Source: Cystobasidiomycetes sp. EMM_F5 | Taxonomy: Eukaryota | Length of the DNA: 64,000 nucleotides | Direction of reading: 5' to 3' | NCBI GenBank assembly: GCA_051047955.1 | Contig: JBPGPT010000017.1 | Location: 62,001-126,000 of the forward strand | Part shown: positions 35,339 to 46,731 of the stretch, piece by piece | How the letters are laid out: every line of letters starts with the position of its first letter | Numbering within the stretch: position 1 is the first letter of the stretch | Program-made: the position numbers and the translations under genes | Notes under the pieces: generated by a model | What the model was told of the DNA's origin: nothing | Seen by the model: only the letters and a program-made list of their open reading frames with translations | The model's database searches: none

Positions 35339-36417
35339 CTACTTTGCTGTGCTTGTCGCTTTGCTCCTGCGAGCAGCTGCCTTGGCTGTCGACCAAATTC
35401 GGACAGCCTTGACGACGATACTGCCTTTACTCTTCTTGCGCGCCAAAGCAGACAGTGGGATGCGAGTATGGGGATGGGAGACGCTGCCAAAGATTTTGTT
35501 ATACGGTTTTGGCGCGAGATGGTCGATGAAGGTTTGGGCGCGACTGGGAAGAGGACTGGAAGGAGCGGACATGATGGAAGGACTGGGTGATTTGTGACCA
35601 ATGACAACAATGGAAGCATTTTCCAGGTAATAGTCTCGCTCGAGGTCAATCATGCTGACACCACTATCGACGATCTTCAGGGATGTTGCCGAAACATCCT
35701 CATGATATTCCCGGCCGAAATCCTCGTTGCAAGCTTGAGTGTCTGTCCTCTCCCGACAGCCGAAGGCAGTTTGCGTGGTACTGTCGTCACTGTCATGACT
35801 CTGAAGCCGTCGGCGGTCACAGTCCGGAGCACCCTGTGATTCGCTGCCAGACCTACGCCGATGACCGCATTCCACTTCGTAAAACGAATCCATATATCGC
35901 GGCATGCGTAGCCGTTTCGCTCCCGGACTTTCTGTTCTGCAGAGACTAATGATGGATGCTCCGTCATTATGTGAAGGCTCGGAGGCTTGGATTTCATCGA
36001 TGACAGGATTCTTGGTAACCTCGAGCAGCTCCAGATTTGGATGCTCGTTCACCTCTGCCTCCAGATCGTTCGCTTCGCCGGAAGGGGAGCTAGAAACCTC
36101 GATGAAATGTAGGGATTCGGCATCTCTAGAGTCCAGACCGTCCTCCGTGCCCGCTTCTGGGTAAGTATATCGAGGCCAGCTGCATGCATCCAGCGATAAG
36201 TCTGACCTGTATCCACGATATGAGACATCTCTCGGACTCACATTCGTTGCCCGATGATCTGCTCAAGTTGCCACTCGAGATAATATGGGTCTATGCTTGG
36301 AGCGTACGTATATTCGGAAGGACTGGCTGGCGTATTCAGTCCAGCTAGGGGCAGAGTACTCAGGAGGAGATCACAACCCTTGATCAGTGCGGAAAAAAAT
36401 TTGAGCACGAAGCCCAT
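35339..36417 (-). CDS. hypothetical protein (2 exons)
   Basis: MGFVLKFFSALIKG.. exon joined by a GTGAGT..TGCAG intron (about 36180-36241) to a long ORF ending at 35339. Confidence 0.55.
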
Positions 36418-37285
36418 TGTGTCTGCGTGCGTGTGTGCTGTTTTTGAGCGATTAAGTATAGCGGTGTGGGGTCGCTTTGAGAAGATAATTGGCTTTATGT
36501 GAGAAAGCAGAAGAAAGAGAGAGAGAGTAGACGGACAGCAGTTGAAATGAAACGGCGCAAGGGGGGGGGCCATCCCTTGAGGCGGGTTTGTTGTTGCTTG
36601 TTTTTCACTCATCACGTCCAAGGCGCGTCAAAGTGGCTTGCTGTTTCGCCACTGCTAGGCGGAGAAAGCCCGCCCTGTGACATCCGCACGCCTCCTGTCG
36701 GCATATACAGTTGTACGACGTCAGACTCATCGAGTTGCTTGTCACACGGCGCCAAAGTGCAGGACGGGGTTAGACTTGTCGGCCCATTTGCGTTCCGCGT
36801 GCTTTCTTGCGGTGTCCCCTGACAATTCTCACAGTCAAGATGAAAGGCAGCCTCTGCTTGGTGCTTGCGTAAGGTCAGTGATGCAGTCTGCAAAATCTGT
36901 AAACCGACTTTGCGGAGAAGCATGAGAGCTCGTCCTACAATCGACCGCCAATCTAGCACAGAGGTCAGTATAAGTAGGAGTATCAAGTGATGATAGCTCG
37001 AGCGTCGTCAGCACGTCCTGCAGACATCAGTAGCTGGGAATTCATGGAAGAAAAACAGCAATTCTTGCGGCCAGCATTCAGCCTTTTGGAGGATTCTGGC
37101 TCGAAGTTCCACTGAATGAATAATAGCATGGAGACTGTATCTGTAGACAGCCTTGCTTGCCGTCTTGCTTTCGCGCTGCACCGCATTAGAGATTGCCACA
37201 CGGGATCCCTCCAATCGTCACCAGGCTGTGACTTTGATTTGATCCGACTCGCCCAGCGCTGACCGCGGCTGCTCGGCCAGACAGG

Positions 37286-38820
37286 ATGCCAGCTTCAAAG
37301 GTCAAACGACCGCAGAACCTGCCCAACAAGAAGGTCTCGAAAAAGAAGTGTTAGTTTGGGCTCGTCCGGGATTGCAGTCTGGGCATTGACAGCTGATGCG
37401 CGCCGTGCCGCCAGTTTTCGGACGACACCACGGATTTCTGGCTATCATCGTGGTACGTGCGACTCGCATACGATAGGTCTGCCTTGCTGAATGTAGGTGG
37501 TCTTCAGATATGCGGTTACCTAGTTCCGCCTCTCGCTATTCTGGTCCGCTTTGGAGTTGGCATGTGCGTACTGCATTACAGGTGCTCGATCCTTAATAGA
37601 GAAACTATGCTCAAGGGTACAATGACGCAGTGACTTCTTCATCAATATCATCTTGACCATAGCCGGTGAGCCCAGTCCCGCTTGATACTGCAGGTCAGCT
37701 ACTAACGGTAGTCCAATAGGGTACTTCCCCGGTCATATTCAGTAGGGGACGCTTGTACAGCTTAGCAATACAGATGGCTGAGTCTTCGCGCGTCCCCCAG
37801 CAACTTCTACTGTCAAAATATACGCAACAACAAAGGCAGAGGCAGAACGCCGAAATGGGGTGCGGCAGCCAACATGCAGGATTTGTAGCGTAGATACTGA
37901 TGGTCACCGATCCCACGGTACCGTACAGCTCTCAAGACGGGTCTAGTCCAAGACGACACCGAATACGTCAAGTCTACCCGCCAATGGGGTAACCGCTACG
38001 CTGAGCGCAACACCCGCAACATCTACGACGAAACATCGCATCCCTACGAAGATGAATACGGCAACGCGATCGCACATAATCATACCGGTGAAGATCCTAT
38101 TCCGGCTGATGGATTTATCGAGAGACACGGTCTTCACCCATCACAGCCTGCTGGCGGTCTAGGCGAACATGGCAACGACCTTCTAGAAGGATTGCCGGAT
38201 GAAGATGCTGAACGTCGTCGACGGAGACGCAAGGACCAGAAGAGAGAATACGGATCAGGTCTTCGCGATCAGGACGATTACGAGGATGAGATACGTCGAG
38301 GTGATAACAACGACTCTGACTCTAGACGCAATGGTGGTGGACTGTTGGATGATCTTGATGATCACGATCGCGCTCTCTACGGCGGCAGCAGCAGCAGAAA
38401 TCGAGACAGCACCAACGGTCGACCGGAGCCATCCCGCAACGATAGCACAGGAAGCTTTGGCCTTGGGTCTCGAAAGAAGGGAGGCAAATCTGGCAGGGCA
38501 AAGAAGTCCGAGAGATATGGCCTGGCAGAAGATCATCGCGATGTTGGAGTGTATGGATCAGGCCGAGCACCCAACTCTATCGCCCAGCGTAAACAGCAAG
38601 AACGGGACCGCGCTGAGTTTGCGTCGAATAATCCATACTCATCGTCCGCTGCGTCTGCTACTTCTCCGCGTAATAATGATAGATACGATGTTCGCAATAG
38701 CGAAGATAGCAGACGCAAACCCACAGCGAATGGTGACGAGTGAGTAGATAGACACTTTTTCATGAAATAATCGCTGATGATCAATTCTATTATAGGGACT
38801 TCCTCAATCATCAATTCTGA
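37286..38820 (+). CDS. Pmp3/UPF0057 proteolipid domain protein with long charged C-terminal tail (many short exons)
   Basis: Spliced RHHGFLAIIV|ICGYLVPPLAILVRFGVGI|DFFINIILTIAG|YFPGHIH|NFYCQNIRNNKGRGRTPKW; ends DEDFLNHQF*; includes a 22-nt exon (37720-37741). N-terminal part is missed by the ORF track. Confidence 0.82.
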
Positions 38821-40723
38821 TATTACCGGCAATAGGAAATGGGCAGCGCACAAGTTGTTTGGCGAAGCACAAGAACGGCATGGCATCTGGTGCCAAGCAT
38901 CGCAACCAAGATGGTGCTATATTGTACTGAATGTCAGAGTGTATTGCTACCATGTCAATTCCTGTATCACAACATCGACAACGCTTGCGAAAAGCAGAAA
39001 CTCGGTTCTGCCAGAGATGCCAACTTCCCGCACTTTGCAAGTATCATTGATGTACTCGAGGCCAATTCAGGCTACAGTAGCGACAGGCATTGTATGGAAA
39101 TTGGGCCCGCTCGTTTCTAGACGCAACTTCGCCGGAGGCAGGCGTTTGTGCGGGGTCATGCGCGTGAGATCGACTTGAGTGTGTCCGAGTGGAATTTTTG
39201 CCGTCGAGATAGAGCGCCGCCGATCCCTTTCCCGTATCAGCTTTGGGCTGGGCTGTGAACTCAAGTTCATTGGAGGATACGATGCCGGTCTTTGGCCGGC
39301 TCGCTGTTTGGCACTGAAGTTCGCAACCCTTGTAAGAGGGAAAGCTTGATTGTTGATGAGACTCGCTCGGCGCTCATCTGTGCTGTCTCTTACAGGATTC
39401 GTGGCGACAGCGGGTCTGCTAGTGCTGCCGTCATCAGGCGAGATCTTCGATCCTTGAGGCCGGGTTGCAGAGAAGCTTGCAGTCAACTGGCGGCCTATCT
39501 TACTGGCTGGCACGAAGTCGCCAGTAATAGGGCATTTCTGTACCCAGTTGCCTCGGCTGTCCCGGCGGGGCTTTGTTGCATAATTAACTTCTGGAGGGGG
39601 ACCGTAATCTGATCACTCCGTTAGTCTTGCGTTGTATGCAACCCGCCTAGATCGTGCTCACCCTGGTAAATAAAGCTCTGCCGCAGTGGACCCAAGTCGA
39701 GCCACTGAAGACCGGTGCTTTGTGGTGCTTGGTCTGCACTAGGTCTCATGTTGTGCTTCGTTAGACTGCTCTGATCAGTGTGTTTGAGAGACCGCCAGGA
39801 CGTTCTGTGCCTTGAAGAACAATCCATGCATCGCGTTCCGCTTATGCGGCATCGCCACGCCACCGCTGAAGATGGTCATTCTGCAGACATGGTGCTCGCG
39901 ACTGGCGCGAGTGCGATCCTCACATTCGATCGGCCGTGCGTGTTTAGACGGGTCCAAGCGGCATTAGCGTCCATAGATGGCATCATCGGGCGCACAAACC
40001 CAGCGTACATTATCTTCATGCGAGATGTCCGCGTGCATCAGTTATATCAGAGTCACGGTATTAGCTGCACGGTATCATCGACTCGCGAGTCGTGTTTCTG
40101 CCTGCCACGTCAATTTTGACATCAGGTGGCAGCTTGTCAGCCTGGCTTTTCTCTCGACCATCAGTATGCGGGCATTGAGGAGCATTGCCGTGGAGTTCAG
40201 TGGGCGCGAGAAACTGCTGAGCTCTAGTCTTGCCAGCTATCAGATCTTGACGAGCCGGGACCAGCTACCGAGAGAGGCCTTTCGATGCGACGAAACAGGA
40301 TTGGCGGCACCTTGATTGGATATTCAAAGTATCATGAATGTGACTGACGCTCGCGCTGACGTTGCACAGGCTGACGTGAACGGTCATCTGCTCCTGCTGA
40401 CTGTACCCCATAATGCGCAGCAGGTAGGCATGACGACTCTTCATGACAACCGCAGAAAACTGCTTCTGAAGCGCGACAGTCCAAACAAACGAAATGCTTT
40501 TGATTCTGTCAAGACTGCCGCTGGCTCTGCTCTGACTGTAGTACTACTCTTGAACGGCGCTGGATCGCTAATTAACTTCGCTGGTCGAGGCTGTCTCTAT
40601 CCCGTTTCTTACTCGTATTCTTACACTTAAGGGCGAGTACAGTATATAACGCTGGGTTCTGTCATGTGCTGACTGTAGCGTTCGTCTGTTACAGCCTGGC
40701 GCCATTCTTGCTTAGTTTATAAT

Positions 40724-42805
40724 ATGCTAATTAGAGTTCCGCTCTGCATCGCGATCCTTGCTATTCTCCGCGCTCACGCCATTAAGTCAGCTGGTTCAGG
40801 CGCGCTCTTTTCGTTCCCTGCTAGCTCCGATGCTGTACCTATTTCCTCTGTCAAAGCAGGCCCGCCCATGTCGACTCTCGGAGCACAACAATCGAAGCGG
40901 GGCTCCGCGTTCAGCTCTTCTCCCCATACATTCAAGCTTCACAAGCTGTCGCAATCTCAAGACTCCGCCATTCATCCGCTCATGTATTACCAGCAGCATG
41001 CGGTAGGTCGCTGCCATTTCGCTTACTGCAGCCTCCCGCCAGAGATATCTGCTGAACGTGATCAACAGAATCGGGCCATTGCACGCCATGCGCAAATGAC
41101 TAACCGTAGTCTATCAACCAATGAGCTTGAGATGAACATGAAAACCCGGTGGGCGACACTCGCTTTGCCAGCCGCGGCTGTAAATCTCCGTAAAAAGAGA
41201 AGCTCTTCTTCGAAATCACCACGGAGACGCAAATCCCGTCGGGCTGGACAAGGAGGATCTCAAAACAGCCTGACTATGCCAGTGGTCGGGTCCAATGGGG
41301 CATCTGGATGGTCTCGTAATTCCACCCGTACCAACAGTTCTACCGCAGCCTCAGACGCCGGGCAAGGTTTCTCGGAGACCGAGCTCAAAGCGCTTGCCAA
41401 GAATCTTATTACAGAAGGGCCCGCCGACGTTGGAAATACCCTTGGTCTCGACATACAAGCCAACGACAACAGCTATTTTGCAGAAGTTAAAATCGGAACC
41501 CCTCCTAAATCTTTCAGGATCCTCATTGACACTGGCAGCGCAGATTTTTGGGTGCCAGGTGACGGTTGCGCGACTTGCGGGAATCACCAGACTCTGGGAG
41601 CCAGAGAGTCTAGCACTTTCGCCACCAGCACCCGACCTTTCGAGGTGGTATACGGTTCGGGAAACGTCAGGGGTACGCTCTAAGATTTGATGATGCTGCC
41701 ACATAATATCGCATGCTGATTTGACCTTAGGTATGCTTGTACAGGACACGGTGAATTTAGGCAACCTGACACTGACCGGTCATGTTTTCGGAGCTACCAA
41801 CGTAGAGAGCGAGCAATTTGGAAGTAATGCCGTGTGAGTCGTCTCCTAGTTCAAGATCTCCGATTACCGCTCAGACCTGCACTACGTGTGCCGTAATTCT
41901 TTCAGCCTCTTTGATGGATTGATGGGCACAGCCATCTCCACTCTATCGAACCAGCGTGTACTCACTCCCATCGAAGCACTCGCGAAAAAAGGCTTGGTCA
42001 ATGCAGCCACGATGGGATATGCGATCGGCCGCGTCTCCGATGGCGTGAATGTTGGTACGACAACCTTTGGAGGAGTCAATGCTGGTGAGCAGTGCCCAAA
42101 CGATTGAGTCTACCACATAATTGATGATTGTATGTATGGTGCAGCTCAAATCGCAGGTGGTCAATTACTAGAAGTGCCCAACGTTTCAAAGCTTGGTTTC
42201 TGGGAAGCCGCAATCGGAGCCGTGACTGTTGATGACAATACACTCAACCTCAGTGGACGTACCGCCATACTTGATACCGGCACAAGTGAGTCACAGAAGC
42301 CGTTCATGACCCACACAATGCTTACCCAATATTCCAAGCACTCGCTTTGATACCGCCGGCGGACGCAGCGGCGATACACGCAGCAATCCCTGGAGCCGTT
42401 GCTGGTCCAAATGGACTGTTTTCAGTACCCTGCCGTACCACGTCTCGCGTCGCATTCTCTTTTGGAGGACGGGGATTTGCGATTGAGCCTGAAGACTTGC
42501 TTTTTCAGCCGTTGGATCCCACAGATCTTCAAGGTGACTGTATCAGTTCCATTATGGGTGCTTCATTAGCCGGCAGTACGCAGTATCTTCTCGGCGATGC
42601 GTTCTTGAAGGGCAAATATTTTGCAACCAATGTCGACCACAATGTCATCGGACTGGGCGAGCAATTTGCTCGAACAACGACTCAGCTTCAGCAGATAACG
42701 ACGGACTTCAAAACTTCTGCTAGCGCGCGCACCGCGACGCGGTCAAAGTGGATAAGCGCTATGATGATAGGCCTTGGCTGGACTGTCGCAAGCCACATAG
42801 GATGA
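40724..42805 (+). CDS. secreted pepsin-like (A1) aspartic protease
   Basis: Signal peptide, prodomain, catalytic ILIDTGSADFWV and AILDTGT, YGSG flap, FDGLMG, LLGDAFLK; C-terminus could alternatively end at 42755. Confidence 0.92.
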
Positions 42806-43278
42806 AGCCTCATCAATATTAATCACTTGACGAAGTACCAATAATGCAAGTGAATTTCAGAAGTGACGTAACAGCGCCTTCGTTTGACCAGGGGTTTGCG
42901 AGGAGTTTACCAGGTCGATCTCGAACAACTGATATACTGTGCTAAAATCGTTATGGCGCATTCTACTGAGCAGCGAAAGGCGGCGTTGTTTGTCAACAAG
43001 CTCCAGGCATGAATCTTGGCAGAGAGAGAGAGCCACCAGCAGAGAACAGAGGCTGGTCAGTAGCTGGGCGAGCCAGGGGTGCCGGCAGTGGCAAAACAAC
43101 CAGCCCTCCGTTTTCAGCGCGAAAAACATTGCCCTTGACCAGCCTCCGCCAATTGTTTCCATGACAGACCCACTGCTGATTGCTCTTGACTTCCTTTCAT
43201 CTCGTTACAGCTCAAATCCGTCAGGTCGTCACAATACGAAACAAAGGACACCTCCACCCTACACAGTCATCTACCACG

Positions 43279-44099
43279 ATGCATTCAATCCAGTGCGATA
43301 CCCGCTTGGCAAATTCTTACATCACCGCGGAAGGATCTGTATCCCCGCCTTTGACTGCGGAGAACCTGGAGTCGATGCTTTCCGGGAGCCCGCGACGTGG
43401 CAATGTCACGCCTATCGATGTCGTTGATGACTCTGGACTCAACGCGATGTTTGCATGGGGAGCACTCGCAAGCAAACTCTACACCGTTCTAATGAACGGA
43501 AATCAATACAAGTACATCTCGCGTCTCGTCTTTGCGACACCGCTGACAAGTATTCAACCCATGACAGATCTCGTCGCTGGAACCCGGCATTAAAGCAAGA
43601 GGACGATGATGCATCTGTCGATGAACATTCAGACTACTGTTCATCCACTATCTACAGCAAAACGACGGCCTTAGAACACGCACGCATTTGCGAATTGTTC
43701 GATGCCCTCCCCTTTCGCGACGCTCCATTCACTTCATCGGGCCCTGTAATCACATGCAAGGTGGTGGTCGAAGATCCAGCTATCGCAAGCGCACTCCGCG
43801 CAAAATCCAGACTGTACGACAGCGGTGTCTCAATGCCCGATCTCGAGGATATTTACAATGAACGCCGCACCAAGAAGCTAAACGACCCAGACAACGAGTC
43901 TATTGACTCTATCGATGCTCTGAATGATGCTGCTTCTATGCTTTGTCACCGACCTATTGAAGAAGGCAGTGGTTACATCTTTGGGTACCCCGACGAAATC
44001 CAGCCAAAGAATCCAGGAGCCATTCGTGAAGGTCTCCATTCCATCATGCGCTCCACCAAGTCGATCATCAACAAGACCTTTGCTATGATGAGAAAGTGA
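43279..44099 (+). CDS. hypothetical protein (2 exons)
   Basis: MHSIQCDTRL..QYK joined via a GTACAT..ACAG intron (about 43512-43568) to SRRWNPALK..AMMRK*. Confidence 0.55.
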
Positions 44100-44480
44100 T
44101 TCGGTCTCCAATTCCCACAAATCTGGACCGATGTCTTCAATTTCCCTCTCTCCTTTCATTCTTCGGAATACCCCGCAAGGTCATTGTCACCGCGCTGCAT
44201 CTCCTGAACGTCTTCTGGGCGCCTCACAAATCTGGACCTTGCACACATGGACAGTATCTTTTCGAGCTTCGCTTACAGCTAGTCTTCGTTTCCTTTATTT
44301 AGTAGCATATCATCAATTGTTGTAGGTTTTAGTCTTCATAGCTTGTACAACTCCTGCCTGCAGTGTCGTCTACTCTCTCTCAGATGCCTGCGTCCATTTA
44401 CCAATTTGACGTTCGCTTATCCGAAGACCCTTTGAACTTGTGTCAATCTATGAGTCAACGCAGAATTCGCGCAAGATGAC

Positions 44481-46517
44481 ATGCAAGCATTGCACGATGC
44501 AGCAGTTCAGGCTGGTCCACCATCGAGTACTACCGAGAGAAGCATCGAACGACGCGTTGGAAAGGCTCTGGCCGACGATGATTTACGCGCCGTTGACGGC
44601 ATTTCAAGCAAGCATCGAGCATATCTCGTGAGGTGTGAGTAATTTTTGCAGCTGTATTAGTATCAGCAAATGCTGACAGCGACGTACAGCTGGCTTCTCA
44701 TCGACAGCCGAAGTGTTGTTTACCCCGCTGCAAGCTCTGGGTGACCATATCAAACTACCGACAAGTGAATGCGCCGACATTGTTGCGGCCATTGTAAGAC
44801 ACCGCGCTTCCCTACACACGTCCAAACATGCTGTGGACATCGTTGCACAGCTCGCTCCCAAATGCTTTCACTCGCAAAGCGTAGCGGAACAATTAGGTTT
44901 AAAGCAGGCTCAGCCTACTCCGATGGCATCCAGAATATCACGTCTGTCAACCGGAGACGAGGGCCTTGATCGTGTACTCGGTGGTGGTGTAGTTAGCGGT
45001 GCTCTGACCGAGTTTGCAGGAGAAGCGTAAGTTTGGCTCGGTACATATAGCCTTACGTCCGACGTTCACTGACGCTTCATTTTACGCGTAGCTCCAGCGG
45101 CAAGACAGCCATCTGCCTTCAGCTCTCAGCTCGCTGCCAGCTCCCGCTAGAGCAGGGCGGCTTTGCCGGCTGTTGTGCATATCTTTCGTCAGAGGGTAAC
45201 TTTCCCTCACTTCGACTCGTCGAGATAGCGAATGCTACGATCCCTCTCGATGTCACGGATGTCAATGCTCGACGTGCGGCTGTTCGGTCATTCACAGATA
45301 ATGTCCACCTCATACACTGCTCGGAAATCGAGACGTTGTTACATGCCGTTCGATACAGCCTGCCAGCCCTGATAGAGCGCCAATCCGATGCTGCGCAATC
45401 ATCACATTCCAGTACTCTGCCAGTAAGATTGGTGATGGTCGACTCGATAGCCGCGCCGTTTCGCGGGCAAGATGCCGAGTCTGCGTCGACCGCGCCAGTC
45501 AGTATCGCCACGTCAAGTGCACACACCAGCAAGATTGGAAATGATACGACGAGTAACGGAAATGCTGGACGCAACATGTTTGCAGAACGATCGCGGGATC
45601 TGACTGAAATTGCAAATTGTCTTTACCGACTTGCACAAAAGCACGATTTGGCCGTCGTGATTGTCAATCAAGTCTCGGACGTCTTTACTTCACGTCGCTA
45701 CGAATATCAAAAGGCTTCTCTGGACGATAACGAAGCGGATGAACTGTCGGACGATGGGGATCATACGAATCTTCCGATTGAATACAGGCGATACGGCTAC
45801 GCTTCGAAATTCTTCTCGGGAGAAATGGCTGGCGCCAGTCGTCGTGCTCGTGCAGAAGCGCGCAAGATGGCGGTGTTTGGACTCGCGTGGACCAACTGCA
45901 TAAATACTCGTATCATGCTATCTCGCACGGGCCGCCGGGTGAGGCGAGCCGATGGTCTGGAGGTGTCGGATGAGGAATTGGCACAGCTGGAGATCTCTGA
46001 AGACGCTGCCGAGGTTGGTCCGATGGCTAAAGCAGACATCAACGTCACGCTTCGTGGCGGCACAGAGGAACTTCGAAGAGCAGACGTTGTCTTTGGTCCA
46101 TTTTCGGAAAAGGGCCGTATCGATTACGTCTTTCGCAAGAGCGGTCTCGTCAGTGTTGGTAGATACATTGAAGAGCCCAGACTGCCTTTCGGCATAAAGG
46201 CCAAACACATGACTTCGCGACGTAAGAGCTTGTCTGAAGCGGACAATGATTCACAAGGCGGCGATACGGAATACGGCGAATCACAGTTGTGCGTACCAAG
46301 AGTGACTGATGACGGGAATCGCATTGAGAAGCAGGCATTCGAAGCACAAAGGGTGACAACAAATCCGAACCAGTCATCGTCCATGTTGGACGTGCAAGAC
46401 GATGACGAAGCTGCTCTCTGGGAAGAGTTTAATGACGATGACCCGATTCTCGAGGAGCTGGACTTGCGTGACGCTCATGGACTCACACAAGTCGTGCCGG
46501 AAACGCAAACGTGGTGA
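44481..46517 (+). CDS. RAD57: Rad51 paralog, Rad57/XRCC3 family
   Basis: LSTGDEGLDRVLGGG..LTEFAGEA|SSGKT (Walker A across an intron), QLPLEQGG, LVMVDSIAAPFR (Walker B), VVIVNQVSD, GLAWTNCINTRIMLSR. Confidence 0.88.
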
Positions 46518-46731
46518 CTAGCCTGCGTACCAACGAGTCATGATTCTGAAAAGGCCAGGGGTTTTACATACTTAGCAAATAATAGCAGTGCTGTGTGATT
46601 AGTTCCTCTGCATTAGTCACATTCAAACGCCAAACACCTAAAAGCAGAATTTTTGGCTGTTCCTAGTTTTTGCTTCTGAGCGTCATTACTTTCGCGACAC
46701 GTCTATTTCCCATTCCCACCCACCACCCGCC

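Noticed and set aside
35287..35649. Poly-His, poly-Asp and poly-Ile ORFs
   Set aside because: Translations of the (GAT)10 microsatellite in shadow frames.
39100..39240. snRNA suggested by an Sm-like site
   Set aside because: No U1, U2, U4 or U5 hallmark sequence nearby.
14978..46517. A DNA-repair gene cluster (RAD1, SPT16, Wss1-like, RAD57)
   Set aside because: The genes are spread over 30 kb among unrelated genes, consistent with chance.
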